NCBI GenBank assembly: GCA_963727775.1
Contig: CAVSHB010000001.1
Location: forward strand, 1,472,001-1,536,000
Length of the DNA: 64,000 nt
DNA from: an uncultured Nitrospiraceae bacterium
GTDB taxonomy: Bacteria > Nitrospirota > Thermodesulfovibrionia > Thermodesulfovibrionales > SM23-35
Direction: 5' to 3'
Positions 31,480-40,725 of the stretch are shown here, one piece after another. Under the pieces are notes generated by a model. That model did not search any database and was not told the DNA's origin. It saw nothing but the letters and a program-made list of their open reading frames with translations. Position 1 is the stretch's first letter; each line of letters starts with the position of its first letter. A program made the position numbers and the translations under genes.

Positions 31480-31759
31480 GCTTTTTCTCAAAGACATTTC
31501 TGTTTTCCAATCAAACCAGGCACTCGACAAAAAGATAGTCAAAGCCTTGGCCTTTCTTCAGGAAAACCCGTTCCACCCCGGGCTGCACATTGAGAGAATC
31601 ATCAATGATCCAACCGCTTGGTCCGTTCGAGTAGATAAACGATATCGCATCTCTATTGATCCTAAGGCTTATAATGAACCAGGTACCCCGGATTGGAATA
31701 AAGGTATTATCCTGCTTCGGATACTTGACCACGACGATCTGTATAAAATAACCCGATAA
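31457..31759 (+). CDS. RelE/YoeB-superfamily toxin (probable)
   Basis: TKLFLKD, NPFHPGLHIERI, WSVRVDKRYRI, LRILDHDDLY. Confidence 0.75.
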   Translation: MPELTPTKLFLKDISVFQSNQALDKKIVKALAFLQENPFHPGLHIERIINDPTAWSVRVDKRYRISIDPKAYNEPGTPDWNKGIILLRILDHDDLYKITR

Positions 31760-31831
31760 CCCTGCCGGATTAAGAAAGTAAAAAGCTCTCACTATAACGA
31801 TTCTCATCGAGAAAAAGAAGCTGAAGACGTG

Positions 31832-32041
31832 TCAAGGCTCTGAGTTGTCCGCTTGAACAAAAAATGTACAGCTATAACGCGATGATACAAACAGTTTAAG
31901 GCGGTCGCATATCCCTGACTCTGCCCTCACGGATGAATAGGCGGAACTCAGGGAGTTCAAGCCTGGAAAGGCTGTTTCGATCACAACGGGATCGTTCTGG
32001 AAGAACACGCAGTCAATGCACTTGTGCCCCACATTATTCAT
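31832..32041 (-). CDS. Small 4-Cys protein (HiPIP-like Cys spacing)
   Basis: CIDCVFF...GIC...SCTFF; start ATG 32041 (ORF extends to 32086). Confidence 0.6.
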   Translation of the reverse strand: MNNVGHKCIDCVFFQNDPVVIETAFPGLNSLSSAYSSVRAESGICDRLKLFVSSRYSCTFFVQADNSEP

Positions 32042-32272
32042 AGAATTCTTCAATAGGTGCGCCGGAGACAGAGTATTTCCGCTCATTCTCGGCCCCGAAA
32101 GCTTTCGTGGCCTCCGAGGGCTTTTGCCTCTCTACTATCATAATGTATTTGATTATCGGCAAAAGAATCCGCTCCAACGCTCTATCTCCGTCTATTGCCC
32201 GCAAGCCTGTGAATAGTTTGGGCTAAACTCTCCTTCATAGGGCCAGGATGCCCTGCCTTACGCCGAGATATC

Positions 32273-33643
32273 TTATTTGCCGAGGGTCATCCAATAACCG
32301 CCGAATACGTAAACAGAGAGAACAAAGCCAAGCGTTACATTCACCAGAACACCGACCGTGAATGAGATGAAAGGTTTCACCCCGGCAGACTTTAGCTCCT
32401 TAAAGCGCGACGTAAGCCCTATGCTCATGAAGCAGAAAATAAAGGCCCATGTGCGAAGCCCTGCGATAGGTCCAAAGACGCCTGGTTTAAAGACCTTATT
32501 GAAGTCCACCGCCGAATAGCCGGAAGCTATTATGGTCATAAGCAATGATGCCAAAAAAAATCCTAACACAAATTTCGGGAACCTCCACCATATCTCCATG
32601 GCGTTCGGCCTCACCCCGCACTCCTCTTTCTCCCATTTCAGGCAGGCGATCAGGGCAAAGACAAATGACCAGATGCCTATCCAGATATCCCTGCCGATGA
32701 CCTTCATTAAAGTAAAGCCCTGAATGGCTGCGTCCTCATTGCCTGCCATTTTCCCATAGGCGCTGGCAGCGGCAAAACCGGCTGCATCGGCAAACTCTGA
32801 TGTCCCCACCCAAGCCCCGGCTATTCCGGGATGAAGATTAAGCGTCTTTGACACAAACGGGATAAAGAATACCATGACTATGGCCCAGATAACCACGAGG
32901 GTAACCGAGGTGTACAGATACTCTTTTTTGGCGCCCACCGCGCTTGCGATAGCCATGGAACCCGATACGCCGCATACGGCGCCTCCCGTGCCGATAACCG
33001 CTGCGAGTCGCTTATCGAGTCCGAATATCTTCGTTGCCACAAAGTAAATTGTCAGGCATGTTGTAACAGATATTAGCGTTGCCTGAAATAGAGCAATCGG
33101 TCCCGCCGATGCCACAAGGTTGAGGGGAAACGTTGCGCCGAGGAGGACAATGCCTGTCTTGATATAGTATTCCACCCTGAAGCCCGAGTCCATCCATTTC
33201 GGAAAGGGGAAAACGTTTGCTATAACAAGCCCTATCAAAAGAGCCGCAATCGGCGGCTCCAGCATCCACCGGCCCGCGTCCTTCCATCCGCCGATCAAAA
33301 AAGCTAATATTGACAAGATATAGAGAATGATAAACGCGGGAATAAACTCCGAAGTCTTTATGCGCATTATCTTTGTTGTAATGCTGAATACGACCAGCCA
33401 GAACAGAAATTGCATGCCGTACAGAGCTATGTTATTTGAGAAATGCTCAACCACCTTGTCGGTAGAATCGAATGTCCATTTCAGACCGCCCGGATTGATC
33501 GCCAATGATTTTGCAAATGTCGAGCCGTTAAAAAAAGCGATAAGGCAAAGCAGCGCAATGCCGAAACCGACATAGATGGCCCACCAATCCTCTTTGAGAT
33601 ACAGTTCCTTCCATCCCATCGGTTTTCTTGCTTCCTCTTCCAT
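32273..33643 (-). CDS. YeiH / putative sulfate exporter family membrane protein
   Basis: EDWWA, EYYIKTGIVLLGA, AVCGVSG, GAWVGTSEFADAAG, KVIGRDIWIG; RBS AAGGAGG. Confidence 0.88.
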   Translation of the reverse strand: MEEEARKPMGWKELYLKEDWWAIYVGFGIALLCLIAFFNGSTFAKSLAINPGGLKWTFDSTDKVVEHFSNNIALYGMQFLFWLVVFSITTKIMRIKTSEFIPAFIILYILSILAFLIGGWKDAGRWMLEPPIAALLIGLVIANVFPFPKWMDSGFRVEYYIKTGIVLLGATFPLNLVASAGPIALFQATLISVTTCLTIYFVATKIFGLDKRLAAVIGTGGAVCGVSGSMAIASAVGAKKEYLYTSVTLVVIWAIVMVFFIPFVSKTLNLHPGIAGAWVGTSEFADAAGFAAASAYGKMAGNEDAAIQGFTLMKVIGRDIWIGIWSFVFALIACLKWEKEECGVRPNAMEIWWRFPKFVLGFFLASLLMTIIASGYSAVDFNKVFKPGVFGPIAGLRTWAFIFCFMSIGLTSRFKELKSAGVKPFISFTVGVLVNVTLGFVLSVYVFGGYWMTLGK

Positions 33644-33748
33644 GAGACCCTCCTTTGCTGAATTAAAGGTTAACAATGGATGAGACCTATAAAAATTAAT
33701 TAGTAGGTTAGCGCTATCGATATTGAATGTCAAGATAGGAGATTGGAC

Positions 33749-33823
33749 TGGAGCGGGCGACGGGATTCGAACCCGCGACTTTCAGCTTGGGAAGCTAACA
33801 CTCTACCACTGAGTTACGCCCGC
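33749..33823 (-). tRNA. tRNA-Gly (CCC)
   Basis: GCGGGCGTAACTCAGTGGTAGAGTGTTAGCTTCCCAAGCTGAAAGTCGCGGGTTCGAATCCCGTCGCCCGCTCCA; cloverleaf, encoded CCA. Confidence 0.97.
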
Positions 33824-33941
33824 AAATCAACGACTTACCGCATATTATAACATGCAACGTCAAAAAAATCGTAATACTTTGCCCATTTTTAAACCCATTT
33901 AAGAAGCTGGGAATTGAAGAAGTTTATTCGTGGTCGCTTTC

Positions 33942-34445
33942 TTACTTTTGCATTTCATAGCCGACTGATGTCACCACAAAGGCTTCCGTACCGTGGGGCC
34001 TGCTCACCACGACTTCTTCGCCTTCGGTCTTGCGCAACAACGCCTTTGCCATTGGAGAATCAATGCTGATATAACCCCTTTTGAGATCGAATTCGTCCGG
34101 ACCTACGATGCGATACCGAAACAGATTCCCATCGGAATCCTCAAGCTCGACCCAGGCGCCGAAAAATACTTTCGACGTATCATCAGGCGGCCTGTCCACG
34201 ACAATCAATTCGTTCAACCTTTGTGTGAGAAACCGCAAACGGGAATCGATCTGCCTCAACTGCTTCTTACCGTAGATATACTCCGCGTTCTCTGATCGGT
34301 CCCCCATGGCCGCGGCCTCGGCAACCGCCTGTGTGACCTGAGGGCGCTTCACCTTCCAGAGATATGAGAGTTCCTCGCTTAAATGCGTTCGACCTTCAGG
34401 GGTAATATACCTGGAGGCCTTCGCCTTATTTCGAAATGGTTGCAT
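33942..34445 (-). CDS. greB: Transcription elongation factor GreB
   Basis: YITPEG, LWKVKRP, GDRSENAEYIYGK, YISIDSPMAKAL. Confidence 0.95.
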   Translation of the reverse strand: MQPFRNKAKASRYITPEGRTHLSEELSYLWKVKRPQVTQAVAEAAAMGDRSENAEYIYGKKQLRQIDSRLRFLTQRLNELIVVDRPPDDTSKVFFGAWVELEDSDGNLFRYRIVGPDEFDLKRGYISIDSPMAKALLRKTEGEEVVVSRPHGTEAFVVTSVGYEMQK

Positions 34446-34475
34446 ATGGCAGTGCTTGGTCTAAAATTAAGAAAG

Positions 34476-36689
34476 TCATTCTTTCTTTATCCCAAGCCTG
34501 ATATCAGCTGAATTAGTTTTGCGCTTTTTACCGATCATTATTCCCATACCATTTTCATCTTCCGCGTAAGCCTGTCCTTTGCTGCTATAAGTGAGTCGAT
34601 CATTATCCTTCAGGTTTATAAATATGCCTAAGCTCCCATCTGTGGCCGCACCTTGCACTAAGGTCCCTCCCCAAAACCGGTCATTGCCTCCGGCATCCTG
34701 GAAAAAACCGATACCGAAATCATGTCCCATGCCCTGCGCCACGCCGAATGAAGAATAATAAAAATCGTTGCCCTTCTGATCTATCAAAACCCCTACAGAG
34801 GAATGTATGCCGGCACCCTGAGCGTAGCGTCCTGAAATATACTGGTCGTTGCCGGCCATATCGTTTAAGATACCCAACCCATAGTAATAGGATGCACCCT
34901 GCGCAAAATAATCGGCAACGTAGATATCGTCTCCCTCTTCATCTATCAGCATCCCTATCCCCCCAGGCACACCGTTTATGCCCTTTTCTGGTCTCACTCC
35001 CTGCCCGAAACCCTGCCCCATGCTAATCGTAGACTTCGAGGGGTCACGGAAGTCCGGCACTACCCCGCCTAATTTGTAGAAATCGTTACCAGCTTCATCG
35101 ATTAGAATGCCGGCTCCGCCGAAAAGACCCAGTCCCTGTCCCTGATACGTGCAAAGATAGCAATTATCGCCTTTGCTATTTACGATTAGGCCGACACCCA
35201 TTTGTCCTACACCTTGGGAGAAGCTCCTTGCGGTATAAACTCCGTTCCCATCGCCATGGTAAAGGAATCCGATACCCCAAAAACCAACTCCCTGACTTGC
35301 ATCCAATGAAACAAACGTCGCATTACCTCCGAGATCAATCAAAAAGCCACCACCCAAAACTCCAGCTCCTTGGGAAAAATTCTCGTTGCTGATGTAACGA
35401 TTATTCCCTCCCCAATCAATTACCAAAGATACAGGCATTCCGGGTCGAGTTCCCCCCGCGTTATTGAGGTAGAGGTTATCACCGCCAAGGTCAAGAATCA
35501 AAGCTGCATCATCCCTGTATACATTAGGTCCGGGACCGCCTACGATAACCTTGCCTATGGGGGTCATAGACTCGTAGAGTATTTCCTTATTATTGCCGAA
35601 CCGATTAATGAGGTCATCTTTCAAATGCGACAGATTGTCCCGGGTAAAAAAGGAAAGAAGGGGAGAAAATGCGTTAAAGAGTTTTGCACGATCCACCTTC
35701 ATCGAAATATCGAGTATCCTATTCCACTGGCTGTCGTCCCATGGATTTAACGCCTTATTCCACAACAGCTCTTTCTCTTCCGGCGTTAAGTTGTTTAAGG
35801 CCTCTTCAACTTTATTTTTTGCTTCCTCCATTATCCGAAGTAATGCAGGAAAACTGGTTTCTGCCGGCCTTTCGGAAAGAGACAGCTCTATATCAAGGAG
35901 AGAGGCAATCTCTCGGACACTCTGCCCTATACGCCAGTCATTTTCATGGAAAGGAGTGATGACTCGCTGCGACAATTCGCCGGCAACTTCTCCCGCCGCC
36001 AGAGGATGCCTCATCATGTAGGTCAGTTCTTTCATCTGCAGCGGATGAGATTTCTTTTCATAAGCCAGACCCGGGTTATGCACGGCGTTTGACCTCTTAT
36101 ATAATTCATCAAGGACATTGTTAAATGCAGAAAGATCATTTTGATCACGCAGGGAATTTTCGAGCATCGAGGATGGGCCGGAGCATTTATCCATATTAGG
36201 GTGCTTGGCTTCCGGTTGTTCATGCGTCGGCCTCTCTTCCAGTACGGCGGTCATAGAAAGTTGTTGGTCGTTACGCAAAATACCCAGTGCGACCTGAGCC
36301 CCGATTTTTTGCTGCTCAATCATTTTTCTGAAAGACGTTAGGATGTGCTCAACATCACCGCAGGCAGGATTGCCGTTAATGGACAGGATGATATCCCCGT
36401 CTTTGAGACCCGTCTTTGCCGCCGCCGTTCCGTCTATAACTCCTGCAACCTGTATGAAAGTACTTTCCTTACACGCGTGAATAGATTGTTCTAATTTCTT
36501 GGAAGCCAAATAGATTCCAAGATAAGACTTACGTTCAATTGCGGGATAAGGTTTTGACGGCACATGGAGCAAGTCACAATATGAGAAGGGTCCTATCAAC
36601 GGAATGGAGTTTTGTTGCGATAAAAACTTCCCGCTACACGAAAAAGAAAATACAGTCAAGAAAACGCAGAGATACCATTTTCTCATCAT
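34476..36689 (-). CDS. Exported PDZ-domain protein with Gly-rich D-x-x-G-N-D-x-Y / S-Q-G repeats
   Basis: Signal/lipobox-like FSC, PDZ (GLKDGDIILSING), multiple IDxxGxDxY..QG repeats. Confidence 0.75.
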   Translation of the reverse strand: MMRKWYLCVFLTVFSFSCSGKFLSQQNSIPLIGPFSYCDLLHVPSKPYPAIERKSYLGIYLASKKLEQSIHACKESTFIQVAGVIDGTAAAKTGLKDGDIILSINGNPACGDVEHILTSFRKMIEQQKIGAQVALGILRNDQQLSMTAVLEERPTHEQPEAKHPNMDKCSGPSSMLENSLRDQNDLSAFNNVLDELYKRSNAVHNPGLAYEKKSHPLQMKELTYMMRHPLAAGEVAGELSQRVITPFHENDWRIGQSVREIASLLDIELSLSERPAETSFPALLRIMEEAKNKVEEALNNLTPEEKELLWNKALNPWDDSQWNRILDISMKVDRAKLFNAFSPLLSFFTRDNLSHLKDDLINRFGNNKEILYESMTPIGKVIVGGPGPNVYRDDAALILDLGGDNLYLNNAGGTRPGMPVSLVIDWGGNNRYISNENFSQGAGVLGGGFLIDLGGNATFVSLDASQGVGFWGIGFLYHGDGNGVYTARSFSQGVGQMGVGLIVNSKGDNCYLCTYQGQGLGLFGGAGILIDEAGNDFYKLGGVVPDFRDPSKSTISMGQGFGQGVRPEKGINGVPGGIGMLIDEEGDDIYVADYFAQGASYYYGLGILNDMAGNDQYISGRYAQGAGIHSSVGVLIDQKGNDFYYSSFGVAQGMGHDFGIGFFQDAGGNDRFWGGTLVQGAATDGSLGIFINLKDNDRLTYSSKGQAYAEDENGMGIMIGKKRKTNSADIRLGIKKE

Positions 36690-36836
36690 TTAATCCGTCT
36701 TCATATATTATATTTACAAAAGCTTTTGATCATGAGCAATAAAATACATTTTGTGCTAACGACCAGATAATGATACCAAAGATTTGAGGAAATAGGGTGA
36801 CACTCCAAGTTTAGGTTAACGAAAGGAGTGTCATAG

Positions 36837-38399
36837 ATGGAACCAGCAGAGGGTGTACAAAAGAGCAGTACAAAGAGGAAGTTTCCGAAGCGAAGCAATC
36901 GTTACGGGCCCGATTTCAAGCTTCAAATAGTCAAGAAGTACGTTGAGGAGAGCGTTCCCGTTCCGGTGATCCGGCAGGAATGCGGAGTGAGCAGTAATTC
37001 GGTAAGACGCTGGGTACGTGCCTATCGTCGTGAGGGCGAAGCCGGACTATCGATGAGGTACACCGGTAAGGGACGCAGCCTTCCCACTCCAGTGAAAGAG
37101 AAGATCGTCGAAATCAAAGAAGGCAACCCGCTTTTCGGTATCAAGCGCATTTCGCAACTATTAAAGAGAGTGTTTTTCCTTTCCGCCAGCCCTGAGACGG
37201 TCCGTAAGACACTGCATGAATCATCCCTCATGACGGCCCCACCCAAGAAGCGGCAGCGTAATATTACCCGTCCCCGGTTTTTCGAGCGATCAACACCGAA
37301 CCAGCTTTGGCAGACGGATATCTTTACGTTTCGACTTGGGGGCCGCTATGCGTTTCTGATCGGCTATATAGACGATTATTCCCGCTACATAACGGGGCTT
37401 GAGCTTTTCCGCAGCCAAACGGCGCAGAATGTTATAGAGGTATACCGTCGGGCGGCCTCCGAGTACAACCCGCCCAAAGAGATGCTTACGGATAATGGGC
37501 GGCAGTATACGAGCTGGCGCGGCAACAGCCGCTTCGAACTGGAGTTAAAGAAAGACAAAATCCACCACATCAAATCGCAGCCTCACCACCCGATGACATT
37601 AGGGAAGATAGAGCGATTCTGGAAGACGATTTTTCTGGAGTTCCTAAGCCGAGCCCAGTTCGGTAGCTTTGAAGATGCGGTTGAGCGGATACGTCAGTGG
37701 GTGAAGTATTACAACCATAAAAGGCCGCATCAGGGTATCGGCGGCTTGTGTCCCGCAGACCGGTATTTTGAGATCCAGAGCGAGCTTAGAAAGACCATCG
37801 AGCAGGGCATCCAGGACAACCTCCTTGAGATGGCGCTAAGGGGCAAGCCGCGCCTGCCGTTTTACATGGTGGGCCGGATGGAGGGGCAGTCGGTGGTGCT
37901 GCGTGCGGAAAAGGGCAGGCTGAGGTTGTCGGTTGACGCCGAAAACGACGACATTACGCAGGAAGTAGTTTACAATCTAAATGAGAAAGGACATGACAAT
38001 GGAGAAGACGGAGAAGATAAAGAGCGAGAAGAAGCGGCAGCCGATGAACTACGGGGCAATGGAAAAGTGCAAGGCGGTACTGTCTGTATGGACGGAGAGG
38101 CGCAGACCGGCGGAGATATGCCGGGAGCTGTCGATCCCCTGGATGGCGCTTGCGCACTGGCAGAGGCGGGCGATGGAGGGGATGCTCCAGGCGCTGGAGC
38201 CGAGGGTGAGCCTGGACAGGGGGCCAGCGCTTTCTCCCCGCTTGCAGGCGTTGCTGGAGAAGAAGCGTCTGACGCTCTTGACGAGCACAGTGCAGGGCAG
38301 ACTGGAAAGGACGCTATCAAAGGCACAGGAAGCAAGGAAAGCGGAGACGCCTCAGTCGAAGGAGATAAAACCCTCCGGCGAAGCCTTGCGGAAAACTGA
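36837..38399 (+). CDS. IS481-family DDE transposase with acidic low-complexity tail
   Basis: HTH, PNQLWQTD, IDDYSRY, LTDNGRQY, GKIERFWKT, YNHKRPHQG. Confidence 0.93.
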   Translation: MEPAEGVQKSSTKRKFPKRSNRYGPDFKLQIVKKYVEESVPVPVIRQECGVSSNSVRRWVRAYRREGEAGLSMRYTGKGRSLPTPVKEKIVEIKEGNPLFGIKRISQLLKRVFFLSASPETVRKTLHESSLMTAPPKKRQRNITRPRFFERSTPNQLWQTDIFTFRLGGRYAFLIGYIDDYSRYITGLELFRSQTAQNVIEVYRRAASEYNPPKEMLTDNGRQYTSWRGNSRFELELKKDKIHHIKSQPHHPMTLGKIERFWKTIFLEFLSRAQFGSFEDAVERIRQWVKYYNHKRPHQGIGGLCPADRYFEIQSELRKTIEQGIQDNLLEMALRGKPRLPFYMVGRMEGQSVVLRAEKGRLRLSVDAENDDITQEVVYNLNEKGHDNGEDGEDKEREEAAADELRGNGKVQGGTVCMDGEAQTGGDMPGAVDPLDGACALAEAGDGGDAPGAGAEGEPGQGASAFSPLAGVAGEEASDALDEHSAGQTGKDAIKGTGSKESGDASVEGDKTLRRSLAEN

Positions 38400-38409
38400 G
38401 AAACCGTAG
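37999..38409 (+). CDS. HTH protein overlapping the transposase tail in another frame
   Basis: AAGGA RBS; KAVLSVWTERRRPAEICRELSIPWMALAHWQRRA resembles ORF 38554. Confidence 0.7.
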   Translation: MEKTEKIKSEKKRQPMNYGAMEKCKAVLSVWTERRRPAEICRELSIPWMALAHWQRRAMEGMLQALEPRVSLDRGPALSPRLQALLEKKRLTLLTSTVQGRLERTLSKAQEARKAETPQSKEIKPSGEALRKTEKP

Positions 38410-38553
38410 CGTAGAGACATCCTAATAATGGGGCAAGGCAGAAAACGGGTGATGGTTAAATATGGACCGAGTTGAGAAAATCGATTGTAGGGCTTCTGAG
38501 GAAGGCGATTTTCTCTCAATCCGAAGATTTTTAGTTGTTAAAGGGAGTGTGCT

Positions 38554-38940
38554 ATGAGCGACTCAAAGGATAAGGAGCGTGCCCGCCAAAGAGCAGCGGT
38601 GGTGTTTGCCGTGCGCAGCGGCCAGATAACAGCCGAGGAGGGTGCGCGCCGACTGGGCGTGTCCCGCAAGACCTACTACGAATGGGAAAGCCGGGCATTA
38701 CAGGCGATGACAGAAGCCATGGAAAACAAATCTGCCGGCAGACCGAACATGCCGCAGGACGAGGAGAAGCAGCGTTTACAGGAGGAGGTTACCGAACTCC
38801 GGAAGAAGTTGTTTGTCGCTGAAAAGACGGTAGAAGTGCGGGATATGTTGCATGCGTATGAGTTGCAGAATGCCGGTGATAAGAAAAGCGTCCCGACAAA
38901 TCGGGAGGAAAAAAAACGAAAGCAAAGGAAGAAACGATAA
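38554..38940 (+). CDS. OrfA-like HTH/coiled-coil protein
   Basis: TAEEGARRLGVSRKTYYEWE HTH, coiled coil, ends near the A8 slippery run 38909-38916. Confidence 0.85.
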   Translation: MSDSKDKERARQRAAVVFAVRSGQITAEEGARRLGVSRKTYYEWESRALQAMTEAMENKSAGRPNMPQDEEKQRLQEEVTELRKKLFVAEKTVEVRDMLHAYELQNAGDKKSVPTNREEKKRKQRKKR

Positions 38941-38945
38941 CTCGT

Positions 38946-39989
38946 ATGCTTGCCATGATTGACCAGATCAGGGAGAGGACCGGGATGCCCTACAGAGCGA
39001 TCTGCTATGCCGTAAGACTGCCCTACCCGAGTTTTATGCGGTGGCGCATACGGCGCAAAAAAGATACGCCCTTGGTGCGGCAACCTGGTCCTCCCAAGGT
39101 CAAGCCACCGGATTTTGGCAAGATTGAGCAGGATATAGCACAGTTATCTCACGGGCACAATCGCACGCAGGGAACCGGGGCGTTATATGTTCGCTACGGA
39201 TCCACCGTATCAAGGCGGAAGCTGCATACAATGGTAGCAATGGCGCGGCACGATCTCAATACCTACCATCGTCAGAATCTGCGGCGCATCCGCTGGAACG
39301 TGCCGAACGTCGCCTGGTCCATGGACCCCTGCGAATACGAACAGCGTGACGCAACTGGTGCAAAGGTATACCTGAACCAGATGCAAGATCTCGCGTCACG
39401 CTATAAGTTTAATCCCATGACGGGAGAAGTTCCCTGCGGCGAAGAGATATCCGGCTATCTTGCGGCAACCTTCAATCGGTTTGGAGCACCCCTGTTCCTA
39501 AAACGGGACAATGGAGGTAACCTCAATCATGCAGCTGTCAATGACGTGCTTGCCGATTATTTTGTCCTACCGGTGAATAGCCCGGTCCATTATCCGCCTT
39601 ATAACGGTGCGATCGAAGAGGCGCAAACCGAGCTGAAAAATGGGCTTGCCGCTAAGCTCTCGTACAGGCCCTTTTGCCCACGAGAACACATAGAGGCATA
39701 CGCCTCGACGGTTGAGCATGATCTTAATCACCAACCTCGTCCGTGCTTGAACGGTAACAACGCCTGCAGGGTGTACTTCATCGGAAAAAGAGCTTTTTCC
39801 AAATGGGAAAGGAGGGATGCCTATGTTTGGATAACGACCTTGCAGAGTGATATACTTTGCAGTGAAGGGGTTCAGCCCCAGGCGGCTTGGCGCATCGCCG
39901 TGGAGGCATGGCTGAACATGAAAGGCTTTATTACGATTACGATTAATGGAAAAGTGTTACCCAATTTTTTCTCATTTCGGTATCATTAA
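38946..39989 (+). CDS. OrfB-like integrase-core (DDE) transposase
   Basis: PNVAWSMD, QDLASRY, KRDNGG, YNGAIEE; -1 frame relative to 38554 and open from the A8 run. Confidence 0.85.
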   Translation: MLAMIDQIRERTGMPYRAICYAVRLPYPSFMRWRIRRKKDTPLVRQPGPPKVKPPDFGKIEQDIAQLSHGHNRTQGTGALYVRYGSTVSRRKLHTMVAMARHDLNTYHRQNLRRIRWNVPNVAWSMDPCEYEQRDATGAKVYLNQMQDLASRYKFNPMTGEVPCGEEISGYLAATFNRFGAPLFLKRDNGGNLNHAAVNDVLADYFVLPVNSPVHYPPYNGAIEEAQTELKNGLAAKLSYRPFCPREHIEAYASTVEHDLNHQPRPCLNGNNACRVYFIGKRAFSKWERRDAYVWITTLQSDILCSEGVQPQAAWRIAVEAWLNMKGFITITINGKVLPNFFSFRYH

Positions 39990-40129
39990 CTCTTGGCGTG
40001 CACAGCGGTGTGGAACCGATAAAAACGAGTGAAATTCTACCTACTTTGCAGGAGGAGGTTTTCGTTATGGTAATACCGCGTTTGATGAAAGTGAACGCTT
40101 TATATAGAATATAACAAGGAGGCTGCCAT

Positions 40130-40327
40130 ATGGGAACATCAATAAAAGATTTGAGCGTTGAGGAATTACAAACGCTTATATCAAATACTGTCAGAGAAAC
40201 GATGGAAGATGTGATCGAAGATATGCTCGCGCTTTCGAGTGAAAATTTTCTACTTTCGATAGAACAGTCAAGAAAAGATTACAAAGAAGGCAGAATAAAA
40301 TCATTCGAAGAAGTCTTTAATGTTTAA
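40130..40327 (+). CDS. Putative antitoxin
   Basis: RBS AAGGAGG; C-terminus IEQSRKDYKEGRIKSFEEVF typical of RelB/Phd-like antitoxins. Confidence 0.65.
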   Translation: MGTSIKDLSVEELQTLISNTVRETMEDVIEDMLALSSENFLLSIEQSRKDYKEGRIKSFEEVFNV

Positions 40328-40380
40328 GATCGTCATAACTGACAGGCATTAAAAGACATTTGAAGATCCTGCAGATATAA
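40320..40380 (+). pseudogene. RelE/ParE toxin remnant
   Basis: ATG overlapping the antitoxin end: MFKIVITDR then stop; +1 nt would give RALKDI; no continuation. Confidence 0.45.
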
Positions 40381-40492
40381 ACCCTCCACTCCCGTCCTTG
40401 CCTTCGGCGCATATTTCTGATAGCATTCAACGTAAGGGACACAGGTTCTCGAAAGACAAGAATATGACCGGCAACACCAAAGGAGGCACACA

Positions 40493-40609
40493 ATGGGAGA
40501 CAAAGGCGGCAAAAAGGACAAAGAGAAGGGCCAGAAACAGAAGGCGATGAAACAGGCAATAGATATAAAAGAGAAGAAGGACAAACAACCAAAAAGCGCA
40601 CTGAAATAG
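40493..40609 (+). CDS. 38-aa Lys-rich small protein upstream of mgtA
   Basis: AAGGAGG RBS; MGDKGGKKDKEKGQKQKAMKQAIDIKEKKDKQPKSALK. Confidence 0.65.
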   Translation: MGDKGGKKDKEKGQKQKAMKQAIDIKEKKDKQPKSALK

Positions 40610-40725
40610 GGAGCTGGATTCAACCGATAGAAAAAAGAAGAAGAGGGTGCAAATAACCGGCAATTGATAACACAACTACGGAATAGTACTATTATTAAAG
40701 ATAATCTTTTTAACAAGGCAAGTAA

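Larger units (their letters stand above)
36752..40004 (+). mobile_element. 3253-bp IS481-type element carrying a second, IS3-like transposase module
   Basis: ~53-bp imperfect IRs (36752-36804 and 39953-40004) sharing TGTGC, TAATGATACC and GGGTnACACT; four co-oriented ORFs; no TSD seen. Confidence 0.85.

Noticed and set aside
33749..33823. tRNA-Gly as an island attachment site
   Set aside because: No duplicated tRNA 3' end and no tyrosine/serine integrase seen in the window
40610..40725. M-box (ykoK) riboswitch before mgtA
   Set aside because: Region is short and AT-rich with no recognisable conserved structure; an Rfam scan would settle it
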